The notes under the pieces are model-generated. The model was given only the letters and a program-made list of their open reading frames with translations. It was not told the origin of the DNA and did not search any database. 37,330 nt of DNA from Bacteroidales bacterium (GTDB lineage Bacteria; Bacteroidota; Bacteroidia; Bacteroidales; UBA12077), in NCBI GenBank assembly GCA_021740225.1, contig JAIPAF010000003.1, positions 1 through 37,330 of the forward strand, given 5' to 3'. Both the position numbers and the translations under genes were made by a program. Shown one piece after another: positions 19,201-28,700 of this stretch (position 1 is the stretch's first letter; every line of letters begins with the position of its first letter).

Positions 19201-19509
19201 CAAAAAGCTCTTTGGATGGTGCCCATAAAGGATGGGGGATACTACGAAGTACAGGCCTATGTCTCCGATGCAGGACTACAGCCACAATGGGGCCGCGGCG
19301 GAGAGAATAACGAAGAAAAACTTTATCATTATAAGATATTCCATGACAGCGGTGAAGAGGTTATTCCGGTTAATGCCAGAAACTATGAGGGCGACTGGGT
19401 CTCGCTGGGAGAATATTATTTTTCCCCGGATTCAGCAAAAATTCAAATATCCAATCAATCCAAAGCCAGAACGGTGGTCGCTGACGCCGTTAAACTAATC
19501 CAAAAATAA
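16225..19509 (+). CDS. ABC-2-type permease fused to an M1-aminopeptidase-like ectodomain (no HEXXH) and a C-terminal golvesin/xanthan-lyase-CBM-like domain
   Basis: About 275 aa polytopic N-terminus (ARFESKTLMRS, EYIWGK); YDLDL..LNPG..GDSTNITLHYAG..WYP pattern of M1-like N-domains; C-terminal IVDNED...WVSLGEYYF...VVADAVK. Confidence 0.65.
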   Translation: MFSFKNFNTVARFESKTLMRSWFLRIFAIIAFIVLIFFNILVSQQDFSPRVLRGLPTNIPYASLLIFNVIQAVIAVFLATDFMKRDKKQDTTEVIYVRSLSNAEYIWGKVFGNLKVFLGLNVLILLIPLIFTLVTQDMTLNLLGYGLYFLLISLPTLLFIFGLSFFLMAWLRNQAIVLLVLLGYIALTLFYLDDKLYYIFDYMSFNIPMIWSEFIGLADSSRIIMHRALYVSLGIAMVFLTVLLMKRLRQSNSAYWISWTGGILFLGIAVFLAANHIEKETSMRQFRNKLIALNDQYLQNNLPRVREYDLDLVHKGDKVQMVAEMEVLNPTGEKLDSLIFSLNPGFKLNRCTIDGQENGYRKDHHLVIIDKTLKPGDSTNITLHYAGRPDERVCYLDVPNRLLFRGEHMILFRMPKKFSFTTPGYLMFTPELLWYPVAGTGFSTKNVAGFRKNFAEYQLTVEPAKNMTVLSQGKAERENEKWVFEPGKPMTCMSVIAGKYQRDSLTVDNITYNIYHKAGHDIYNPFFNDIRDTIPSIIKTVMGNYESDLHLEYPFENFSIIEVPAQFHAYKKNFTLANEATLPQMVLMKERAFSLDGADFPRSLRRRLTRSDRDRSAEDIKAELFRQFIQSNFIEGEDFRRGWFRAEDISGNTKIFPNFISYTNDFGVKELPVMNPVLERYIESRSTEEDRSRFLGNDGVGEEERANLLLKNNSFAELMSDTAHFVRLSDVIDIKGSYFIDLMKHFSGNFDFDPVLDSFIVASRYQNNTGEIFLDYMKNRYNVNTEKYMNDWLYSKQLPAFEFTDMDAYSYYEKERPRYQAEITITNTGKGLGIVNLNMRIGRRRNSSLSEEKTVILDPGQSKRIGLSVGEEPSMLIVNTLVSSNLPSTLNFPLQDIKEDKDANGGEFIREVEPPSSGDEAIIVDNEDPSFRVLVPEKAIKLRDLIQNNQSREEYTGVNPWRPPEEWQKAIHSKFYGEVKLSANYVRAGNGEQKALWMVPIKDGGYYEVQAYVSDAGLQPQWGRGGENNEEKLYHYKIFHDSGEEVIPVNARNYEGDWVSLGEYYFSPDSAKIQISNQSKARTVVADAVKLIQK

Positions 19510-19515
19510 ATCATT

Positions 19516-20997
19516 ATGATTCTAAAACGCTTTATTGCTATCTTTTTTTTATCTTTTTTGGTTGTATCAGCCGGCGCACAACAGTTGCTGACACTTGAAG
19601 AAGCGTTGGAAATTGCCAACGACAACAGCCCGGAAGTAAGAAAAAGCCGATTGAACAGGCAACGCAGCAAAAATTTTCTGGATGCGCAAAGGGCTTCGCT
19701 AAAAACCAATTTCAACCTTTCTCTTGAGCCTTTCAACTACTCAAGAGAAGAACGATTTTATGAAATGGAATCCAGGTGGCAAACCACCGAAATGTATTCC
19801 AGCATGGCCAATTTTAGCATTTCTCAGCCAATCACGCTTACAGACGGGGAACTATCCCTGAACAACCGGCTTGCCTGGCAACATTCCACCACGGAAGTAG
19901 GCACACAACTAAACGAAGATATTGCTTTCAGTAACAATTTGTTTCTGCAGTACGAACAGCCCCTGTTCTCCTATAATGAAACCAAACAGAATCTGGAAGA
20001 ACTGGAGCTGGATTACGAAAGGTCAGACATACAATACAGGCTTCAAAAGCTAAACACAGAGGTACAGGTAACCAGAAGCTATTATAATTTGTATGCCTCT
20101 CAAATGGCATTGGAAATATCCAGAGAAGAACTGAAAAATCAGAAGGAGAATTACCAGGTTGTGCAAAACAAAGTAGATGCCGATTTACTGGCCTTAGAGG
20201 AACTTTATCAGGCGGAAGTTAACCTGACCTCGGCACGTTCACAGGTTTATACCCGTGAAGTTCAGCTCCAAAATGCGAAGGATGATTTCAAACAACTCAT
20301 TGGAATGGATCTGGACAGAAATTTCAGGGTTGAACTCGATATAGAGATCGATTCGGTAGATATAAACATGGATAAAGCCATACAGAATGCCCTTGGATCT
20401 CGCCTGGAGATCCGCAACCGGGAGATCGAACTTCAAAACGCCAAGTTCAACCTCATTGAAACCAGTGACCGGAATAAATTTAAAGGAAATGTATCGGTTT
20501 CTGTTGGTGTTCAAGGAGTAGACAAACAATTTGCTGATATGTACGATGTACCTACAACCAGCCCTTCCATTTCGCTAAGCTTTAACGTTCCCATCTGGGA
20601 CTGGGGGGCTCGCGAAGCCCGTATAAAAGCTGCTAAATTGAATGTACAATCCAATCGGATTGATTTGAATGAGGAGTCCAAATCGATTAACCTGGGCATT
20701 CGCCAAACTATACGGAACCTAAGGAATTATAAGAATCAGATAGAGATAGCCAGAAAGAATCAAAAGAATGCCCAACTGACTTATGATATCAACCTGGAAC
20801 GGTACAACAGGGGTGATCTTACCGGAATGGATATTCAGCAATACCAGAACCAACTAAGTCAGGCGAAAATGGATCTGACCACAGCCCTCATCGATTATAA
20901 AATGGAACTGCTTAATCTTAAAATGCAGACGCTGTACGATTTTATAGAAAATGAACCGTTGCTCCCCAAAAATGTAGTTAACAGTATTTTAGAATAA
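19516..20997 (+). CDS. TolC family outer membrane efflux protein
   Basis: Signal peptide; LTLEEALEIA..NSP, YEQPLF, V.RSYYNL, ERYNRG, VPIWDWG; two-repeat OEP architecture. Confidence 0.9.
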   Translation: MILKRFIAIFFLSFLVVSAGAQQLLTLEEALEIANDNSPEVRKSRLNRQRSKNFLDAQRASLKTNFNLSLEPFNYSREERFYEMESRWQTTEMYSSMANFSISQPITLTDGELSLNNRLAWQHSTTEVGTQLNEDIAFSNNLFLQYEQPLFSYNETKQNLEELELDYERSDIQYRLQKLNTEVQVTRSYYNLYASQMALEISREELKNQKENYQVVQNKVDADLLALEELYQAEVNLTSARSQVYTREVQLQNAKDDFKQLIGMDLDRNFRVELDIEIDSVDINMDKAIQNALGSRLEIRNREIELQNAKFNLIETSDRNKFKGNVSVSVGVQGVDKQFADMYDVPTTSPSISLSFNVPIWDWGAREARIKAAKLNVQSNRIDLNEESKSINLGIRQTIRNLRNYKNQIEIARKNQKNAQLTYDINLERYNRGDLTGMDIQQYQNQLSQAKMDLTTALIDYKMELLNLKMQTLYDFIENEPLLPKNVVNSILE

Positions 20998-21002
20998 TAA
21001 AC

Positions 21003-22088
21003 ATGAATTGTATGCATACAAAAACTTTTTTCTTTTTACGAATCCTTTCCGCTATCACCCTCTTTGCGATGATGATTTCCGGGTGTAACCAGGGAGAGAT
21101 CAGCAGAGACAGTGATGTTGCCGTACCTGTGTCGGTTACGGAAGCCAATTATGAAGCCATTAGTGAATTCCTGCAAACCACCGGCACAGTGAATGCTGTT
21201 CATTCAGCAGAGCTGGTGACCAAAGTGGAAGGAGATTATTTTCTTCAAACCAATCCGAGAACCAACCAAAAGTTTGCCCTGGGTGATCAGATAAAAGAAG
21301 GGGAAACACTAATAAAGCTAAAAAACAGGGAATATGAGCTGGGTATTCAGATTGAATCAGTAAAACTGGAGCAGAAAATAGCCAAACAGGAATATGAAAA
21401 GCAACAAGCTCTATACGAAAAGGGGGGGGTGACCCTTCGGGAACTGACCAATGCCGAAAAAACTTATATCAATGCCCAGAATGCTTTAGAAGAAGCCAAA
21501 CTGAACCTGAACAAGCTTTCCGTAACCGCTCCCATCACCGGATTTATCACTCAACTACCCTACTATACCCCGGGAACCCATATGAATGCCAATACCAACG
21601 TTGCCAAAATAATGGATTACCGTGAATTGATGCTGGAAGTGAGTTTTCCGGAGAAAACCCTGCCGATAATTCAGACCGGCCAACAAGTAAGAATAAATCA
21701 TTATTCCCTGGATACAGCGCAAGCCCTTGAGGGTAGAGTAACGGAGATTTCTCCTGCTGTGGATCCGGACACCCGTATGTTTGATGCCAAAATCCGGGTA
21801 CAGAATCAACAAAAACGGCTTCGGCCGGGAATGTTCGTAAAAGCCAATGTTATGGTAGAACATAAAGACAGTGTGATCACTCTGCCGCGGGAAATCGTGC
21901 TCGAGAGAAACGACCGGCAGATCGTATATGTGGTCCAGCAAGACCGGGCCCATGAAAGAAATGTAGTAACGGGAATTGAATCCGGCGACAGGGTTGAGAT
22001 CATTGACGGGATTGAAGAGGATGAACGGGTGGTCACCGACGGCTACGAAACACTGAGGGACCGGAGTAGGGTGAAGGTGCTGCAATGA
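21003..22088 (+). CDS. RND efflux periplasmic adaptor (MFP), lipoprotein
   Basis: Lipobox-like ISGC; VTAPITGFI, ISPAVDPDTRMF, LRPGMFV, V.TGIE....VEI..G, VVTDG; start 21003 or 21012. Confidence 0.92.
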   Translation: MNCMHTKTFFFLRILSAITLFAMMISGCNQGEISRDSDVAVPVSVTEANYEAISEFLQTTGTVNAVHSAELVTKVEGDYFLQTNPRTNQKFALGDQIKEGETLIKLKNREYELGIQIESVKLEQKIAKQEYEKQQALYEKGGVTLRELTNAEKTYINAQNALEEAKLNLNKLSVTAPITGFITQLPYYTPGTHMNANTNVAKIMDYRELMLEVSFPEKTLPIIQTGQQVRINHYSLDTAQALEGRVTEISPAVDPDTRMFDAKIRVQNQQKRLRPGMFVKANVMVEHKDSVITLPREIVLERNDRQIVYVVQQDRAHERNVVTGIESGDRVEIIDGIEEDERVVTDGYETLRDRSRVKVLQ

Positions 22089-22089
22089 A

Positions 22090-22141
22090 GAATGTGAGAA
22101 TGCGTGAATGCGAGAATGTGAGAATGCATGAATGCGAGAAT
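22090..22141 (+). repeat. 8-bp tandem array (GAATGYRW) x6.5 with 24-bp higher-order period
   Basis: GAATGTGA GAATGCGT GAATGCGA GAATGTGA GAATGCAT GAATGCGA GAAT, starting immediately after the MFP stop. Confidence 0.92.
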
Positions 22142-22167
22142 AAAATAATAAAATTTAAGTAAGAAAG

Positions 22168-22539
22168 ATGACCGAAAAAGAAATTTTTATTGAAAAGTTG
22201 AAGAAAATTACAAAAGAATTCGCTGTAGATATAATTTTCTTTTGTAATGCATTGAAGACCTGCAAAGCATCATCGGTTGTTGAATATCAGCTTGTAAAAT
22301 GTGCAACCTCAACGGGGGCAAATTACAGATCCGCTTGCAGAGCGAGATCCAAAGCTGAATTTTTTAGTAAAATTTGCATTGTTTTAGAAGAAGCCGATGA
22401 GTCGGACTACTGGCTTGAGATAATAGATACTGCCGGATTATCTGATAACAAAAAAGAATTGACAAGACTCAGAAAAGAAGCCAATGAAATAATAAGAATC
22501 ATAGGAAAAGCAAAAAATTCATCTTTTCCTAACAAATAG
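22168..22539 (+). CDS. Four helix bundle protein (23S rRNA intervening-sequence protein family, TIGR02436-like)
   Basis: 123 aa; QL.K.ATS.GANYRSACRARSKAEFFSKI.IVLEEADES.YWLEI, EANEI..I; visibly AT-richer than its neighbours. Confidence 0.92.
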   Translation: MTEKEIFIEKLKKITKEFAVDIIFFCNALKTCKASSVVEYQLVKCATSTGANYRSACRARSKAEFFSKICIVLEEADESDYWLEIIDTAGLSDNKKELTRLRKEANEIIRIIGKAKNSSFPNK

Positions 22540-22583
22540 TTAAAATTCAACTATTCATGCGTACAATCATTAAAATCTCCATA

Positions 22584-22655
22584 CTTTCACTCATTCATAC
22601 ATTGAAGCATTCAAACATTCATGCATTCACGCATTTTAGCATCCAAGCATTTCAT
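22584..22655 (-). repeat. Degenerate 8-bp tandem array (CATTCAnG) x9, inverted relative to 22090-22141
   Basis: CTTTCACT CATTCATA CATTGAAG CATTCAAA CATTCATG CATTCACG CATTTTAG CATCCAAG CATTTCAT; its reverse complement contains AATGCGTGAATGC and GAATGCATGAATG, both found in the upstream array. Confidence 0.85.
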
Positions 22656-22705
22656 AACTAATATATCATAACATAAAGAACCACATTACAGATAAAAAGG
22701 ATTCC

Positions 22706-25700
22706 ATGATAAAACTAACCCGCTTCTCAGTAAAATACCCGGTAACCATTACAATGCTTGTTTTTGCAGTCCTGCTTCTCGGTTACATCTCATTTAACCG
22801 CCTGGGGACGGACTTGTTTCCCGATTTAAGAAATCCGCGGTTGTTTGTAGAACTTCATTCCGGAGAAAAACCCCCTTCGGAAATTGAATCGAGGTTTGCA
22901 GAAAACATAGAAAGTCTGGGTATACGCCAAAACGGAGTGACCGATGTTTCCACGGAGATTGGTACAGGAAGGATGTTAACCACCATTCATTATGAATGGG
23001 GACAGGACATGAATGCTGCCTTTCTTGATCTACAAAAAGCACTTTCTTCTGTGGCCACCAATCAGGAAGTGGACGAGCTTAACATCTACCAGAACGATCC
23101 CAACGCCGCACCCATCATGAGGGTAATCGTCAGTAATGCGGACATCAATGATATGAATCTGCTGCGACAGACGGCGGAGAATTATATTTATAACCAGTTG
23201 GTGCGGCTGAATGGAGTGGCCGATGTTGAACTCTCCGGTGAAGAAGAGGCGCAACTGCTCATTCAAACGGAAAGCTATCTTATGGACGCTCACGGTCTAT
23301 CCATGGACGAGATATCTTCCCGTATTCAGGCTTTCAACCGTGATATCAGCGGGGGTACGCTTGAGGAAAAAGGAACGGAATATCTCATCACGGGAGAAAG
23401 TTTATTGGGAAAGGTGGAGGATTTTCGCAACCTGATTGTGGGATACCAGCAGAAAACTTCCAGAAACAATGAGCGCACTCAAATTCCTGTCACCCTTGAA
23501 CAAGTGGCTGATGTGCAAATGAAAAACAAAGACCCTGATAACATGGTTTACTTCAACGGGGAGCGGTGTATCGGACTTGCCATTTACAAGGAGCAGGGCA
23601 AAAACACCGTGGATATAGTAAAATTGGTAGACCAGGCCCTGACTGATTTAAACAAGGCTTTGCCGGGCTACCGGTTCACCGTTGTAGAAAACCAGGGAGA
23701 ATACATTGACCAGGCCATTGGTGAAGTAGAAAACACTGCCCTTATCGGTATTTTATTGGCGGTTTTCGTGCTTTTCCTATTTTTACGGCGATTGCGTGTA
23801 ACGCTCATTGTTTCGGTGGCCATCCCCATATCAATCATTGCCACTTTTAATCTAATGTATTTTAACGGTTTAAGCCTAAATGTAATGACATTGGGTGGTC
23901 TTGCCCTCGGGGCCGGTATGCTGGTGGATAATGCCATTGTAGTAATCGAAAATATATTCCGCCACATCGAAGAGGGTTCCTCTGTGAAAGATGCTGCCAT
24001 ACAAGGCACGGCAGAGATGGGAGGAGCCATTACAGCCTCTACACTCACCACCATCGTAGTATTTTTACCTATTGTATACCTGCATGGTGAATCGGGCGAA
24101 TTATTCAAGGAAGAAGCCTGGACCGTGGCATTTTCTCTCTTGTCCTCTCTTTTTGTTGCTCTGCTTGTTATTCCGGTAATGACGGATAAGTGGATCAAAG
24201 CGGAGCGGAAAAAAACATTGAAATCAGTAAATATAGGGTGGTATGGCCGGTGGCTGAGCGGGATTCTCAACAAGCGATGGCTCGTTATTGGACTCAGTGC
24301 AGGTTTGATCGGCTTTGCCGCTTTATTGCTGCCGCGCGTGGGAAGTGAATTCATGCCCAAATCCCAGGGTGGCGCATTTGCTGTTTCAATAGAACTTCCC
24401 GGCGGTACCCGTTTGGAGAAAACAGCCAGGGTGGGCCGGCAGGTGCAGGCTATGATGGACGATGCCTTTGGTGATAAAGTGTCCTATTATTACCTGCATG
24501 TGGGACCCGGAACTGAAGAAGATGCTGCTACTACAGAACTAATGCAGGGAAGCAACTTCGCCAGCATTCAGGTACAACCCAAAGAGGGGGCGGTCATCCG
24601 CCCCGAAGAGGTGATTGCATTGACCAACTCCTCACTAGGTGATGTATCGGGCCTGAAAATAGAATACAAACAAAAACAAACAAGCCTGGATGAGATTCTG
24701 GGAACCGATGCATCTCCCCTTGTCGTCCAAACTTCCGGAGAAGAGCTGGAACAGATCGAATCGATCACCGAGAATATTCGTAAAGAACTTACAGGCATTG
24801 AAGGATTGTATGACGTAAAAACCAATTTTGATAAGGGCGCACCTGAAATTGAAGTCCGCGTAGACCGGTACCAGGCGGGAATGTACAATATCAGCCTGGA
24901 TCAGATAGTCAATCAGATTGAAAGGCAATTGACCGGAATGGAAATAGGGGAGTTCGACAGGGAAGGAGAGATGACCGATATTACCCTGAAATTACCTGAT
25001 TTGAGCAGAAAAGACCTTGAAGAGCTGGAGTTGAGATCGGGGAATCAGGTTATACGGCTGGACCAGATTGCCACCTTCCATACCGGTCAGTCACCGGGAA
25101 AGATATACCGGGAAAACCAAAAACGGGTGGGTAAAGTAATGGCCCGTATTGAAGAGGATATAACCCTGGATCGTGTGGTCAAAAAAGTAAATGCCAAACT
25201 GGCCGGGATAGAATTCCCAGCCCGTTATCAAACAGAAATCACAGGAGAAGAACAAAAGAGAGCAGAATCTTTCGCAAGTCTAAAATTTGCACTCATACTC
25301 TCCATCATTCTGGTATATATGGTGATGGCCTCGCAATTCGAAAGTCTGCTACATCCCATGACTATTCTGCTTTCACTGCCTCTTGCTTTCACCGGTCCCG
25401 TATTTTTATTTCTTGGAATAGGTGAATCATTTAACATCATAGCATATATTGGCATTATCATGCTGGCAGGAATAGCGGTGAACAACAGCATCATCCTTGT
25501 TGATGCCATCCGCCGGTATCAGCGACAGGGAATGGTAAAGCGGGATGCCATATTACAAGCCGGGCAAAACCGTATAAGACCCATTGTGATGACCAGCATT
25601 ACCACCATTCTGGCGCTATTACCGTTAACCATTGACTTCGGTCAGAGTGCCGAGCTCCGTTCCCCAATGGCCTGGGCTGTTATAGGAGGTTTGATCACAT

Positions 25701-25789
25701 CAACCATCCTTACGCTAGTGACCATCCCTTGCGTGTATTACATTTTTCAGCGAAAAGAAGTATTGTCAAATCCGGAAGATCAGGAATAA
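22706..25789 (+). CDS. RND efflux transporter permease subunit (AcrB/MdtB family)
   Basis: 1027 aa; AIPISII.TF, LN.MTLGGLALG.GMLVDNAIVVIENI, ASTLTT..VFLP, VYMVMASQFES, RIRPIVMT, PMA.AVIGGL. Confidence 0.95.
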   Translation: MIKLTRFSVKYPVTITMLVFAVLLLGYISFNRLGTDLFPDLRNPRLFVELHSGEKPPSEIESRFAENIESLGIRQNGVTDVSTEIGTGRMLTTIHYEWGQDMNAAFLDLQKALSSVATNQEVDELNIYQNDPNAAPIMRVIVSNADINDMNLLRQTAENYIYNQLVRLNGVADVELSGEEEAQLLIQTESYLMDAHGLSMDEISSRIQAFNRDISGGTLEEKGTEYLITGESLLGKVEDFRNLIVGYQQKTSRNNERTQIPVTLEQVADVQMKNKDPDNMVYFNGERCIGLAIYKEQGKNTVDIVKLVDQALTDLNKALPGYRFTVVENQGEYIDQAIGEVENTALIGILLAVFVLFLFLRRLRVTLIVSVAIPISIIATFNLMYFNGLSLNVMTLGGLALGAGMLVDNAIVVIENIFRHIEEGSSVKDAAIQGTAEMGGAITASTLTTIVVFLPIVYLHGESGELFKEEAWTVAFSLLSSLFVALLVIPVMTDKWIKAERKKTLKSVNIGWYGRWLSGILNKRWLVIGLSAGLIGFAALLLPRVGSEFMPKSQGGAFAVSIELPGGTRLEKTARVGRQVQAMMDDAFGDKVSYYYLHVGPGTEEDAATTELMQGSNFASIQVQPKEGAVIRPEEVIALTNSSLGDVSGLKIEYKQKQTSLDEILGTDASPLVVQTSGEELEQIESITENIRKELTGIEGLYDVKTNFDKGAPEIEVRVDRYQAGMYNISLDQIVNQIERQLTGMEIGEFDREGEMTDITLKLPDLSRKDLEELELRSGNQVIRLDQIATFHTGQSPGKIYRENQKRVGKVMARIEEDITLDRVVKKVNAKLAGIEFPARYQTEITGEEQKRAESFASLKFALILSIILVYMVMASQFESLLHPMTILLSLPLAFTGPVFLFLGIGESFNIIAYIGIIMLAGIAVNNSIILVDAIRRYQRQGMVKRDAILQAGQNRIRPIVMTSITTILALLPLTIDFGQSAELRSPMAWAVIGGLITSTILTLVTIPCVYYIFQRKEVLSNPEDQE

Positions 25790-25798
25790 GCCTTCACT

Positions 25799-28700
25799 AT
25801 GAACAAATTTGTAAAGCGAAAAATACTGGTCTCCATGCTGTTCCTGGCTTTAGTCATGCTGGGAATCTTTTCCTATCGATCGATGCCGGTTGAACTATTT
25901 CCAAGCGCCGAAACACCGGTACTCTATGTCCAGGTAAACTACCGTTCCCAAATAAACCCTCATTTTGTGGAAAAGGATGCCATCATTCCCCTGGAGGGGA
26001 TCATCAGTGAAGAAGAAGGTGTTGATGAGCTGGAATCGAACATTTCACAAAGGCGGGCAACCATTGTGGTTACCTTCAGGCAGGATGTGGACATCAACTA
26101 TGCTTATCTGAAGCTGGAGCAAAAGATACAGGAGTTTCAGCGGGAACACCGGGAAAACTATATGGTAAACCTGGTCAAGGTCAATACCGACATGTCCTCC
26201 AACCAGTTTATGACCATCCAGGCGCGGGGTGAAGGCGATATCGACCGGATTCGGAATGTCGTTGATCAGGAGATCCTTTCCGATCTGGTGGCAGTGAATG
26301 GCGTAGGTGATGCTACGGTTCAGGGAGGACAGGAACGATCCGTTGAAGTAATTTTTGATGAGGAAACCTGTGAGGCCCTTCACATCACACCCGGAAGGAT
26401 CAATAACCGGCTCAATATGTATTCCAATCAGCGGCTATATGGCGGGATGGTCTATGATGTGGGCAAACGCTGGATTGTAAACGTATCCGGTGAATTAACC
26501 AGCATCAATGAACTAGGGGATATCATACTGGATGACAACGGTAACGTTCGTCTGCAGGATGTGGCTACAATCAACATGGGAAAAAAAGAGCGGGAAACCA
26601 TCAGCCGTGTAAACGGCATGGAAGCAGTGACCATAACGATCTATAACGACGCCAATGTAAATGATATCACACTCTACCATAAGCTACAGGATGCCATAGA
26701 AAATATTAACTCGGAGATGGCTTCCAATCGAGTTGAACTGGTTATCCAGAGCTGTGAGGCTGAAACCATGGAAGAGAACATGAATCAGATACTCAGCCTT
26801 GCTTTAATCGGCGGATTACTGGCCATCTTCGTCCTATGGATATTCCTGCGGAACATACGTTTGGTAGTTGTTGTGGCGCTTGCGATACCCATTTCCATCT
26901 TCGCCTCGATTAATTTTCTCTATGCTGCCGGCATTACCATCAACACGCTCACTTTAATGGGTGTGGCCCTGGCCATCGGGATGCTCCTGGATAACAGTGT
27001 GGTGGTGCTGGAAAATATCTATCGGTTAAGGACAGAAGGTGCCACTCCAGTAGGTGCTGCATCCGGAGGAACAAGACAGGTGATCCGTGCCGTGACGGCC
27101 GCTACTCTTACAACAATAGCCGTTTTTCTGCCCTTTGCATTTTCTACAGAGTTCTTCATTAAACTCTTGGGGAACAATGTGGGGTTTTCCATTATTTTTA
27201 CCTTGCTGGTGTCGCTTCTTGTGGCACTAATATTTATACCGATGGTGGTATACCAATTCCTCAAAGCCCGCAGGAAAGCCCTGACCCTCCATTCGATAAA
27301 TTTTCGAAAACCAATAATTCGCGGATACCTGATATTGTTAAGATTTTGTCTGCGCCATCCTGCCCAGGTGCTCTTTACCATGGTCTTGCTATTTTTTGCC
27401 GCAGTAGTGATTAGTCTGTCAGTTAGTGTAAACACCCTACAGGAAGCGGAAACAGACAGTTTTCGGGTTTCAATCACCATGCCGGGGGGTACAACCCTGA
27501 AAACCTCCGATGAAACGGTAAGCAATATGGAGGACGATCTCGGAAATATAGAGGAGATTGATGAAGTAGTCAGCAACATTGAAGCAGAAGAAGCTTCCAT
27601 GATCATCCAATTGAAGGAAGAGTTTAAAAAGATCAACGACCGGAGTGTAGCTCAAATAAAAGATGATGTACTGAATAGGCTGGATGTATATAACAACGTT
27701 CATGTTAGCATTACGGACATGACCTCGTCTGATGACAGCAACTTCAATATTGGAGGCGGTGCTTCAGATTTTTTGAGTTTCATGGGTGTCGGACAACAAA
27801 CGGAAGAGGTGCTCATCAAGGGTTCGAATTATGAAGATATGGTTTTGGTTGGTGAAAATGTAGAGTATATACTTTCTGAAGAATCGGATAATGTAACCTC
27901 GGCGCGCCTGCAAATATCGCGTGAACAGCCGGAGGTGAGGGTACTTTTCGACCAACGCCTAATGGAGGCTTTAAATATAGATTACACCAGTGTGCAACAG
28001 GAGATGAACGCTTTCTCCAGGCAACTCGAGAGTGGTATGACCTTTAAACAGGGTGATGAGGAATACGATATTACCATACGCAGCAAACAGGCTGAAGAAA
28101 ATCAAAAAGAACAAAAAGGCATGGAAGATCTCCGGCATTTGCTCATAGATGCTGACAATGATAGTGTTGTTTCCTCCCATCATCTAATGGATTTCAGTTC
28201 CCTGCGCTATAGTGAAGGAATTGCTTCCATTCACCGGCAAAACAGGGAAAAAAGCATCTCGGTAAATTACCGCTTTTCATCTGAAATCAATGAAGACAAT
28301 GATTTGCTGGAGAGTGCCCGTGCCGAAGTAGACGAACTGATTTCCGGTTTATACGTTCCACCGGGAGTAGCGGTAGAAGTACAGCATGAGCAGGATCAAT
28401 ACGGTGAATTCAAAATGCTTATTCTTGCTGCCTTTATACTGATCTATATGATCCTTGCTTCCGTATTTGAAAGCTTTTCCACCCCATTCGTCCTGTTGTT
28501 TTCCATACCCTTGGCGGCCATCGGATCGCTCATGGGGCTCATTTTAACCGGAAATTCCCTGCTCAATGCCAATACCCTTATTGGGTTTCTCATCCTCCTG
28601 GGAGTGGTGGTCAATAATGGGATCATACTGATTGATTTTGTGCAAAATATGAGGTTCAATGGAGCCAGGATTGCACGAGCCGTTATCAGTGCAGGATTGC

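Noticed and set aside
22090-22655. Possible CRISPR array or diversity-generating retroelement (Avd-like gene)
   Set aside because: Units are 8-bp tandem with no spacers; no cas genes, reverse transcriptase or TR/VR pair seen in the window
23668-24360. 230-aa minus-strand ORF (and similar ones at 27019-27636 and 21555-22085)
   Set aside because: Antisense shadows of RND/MFP genes
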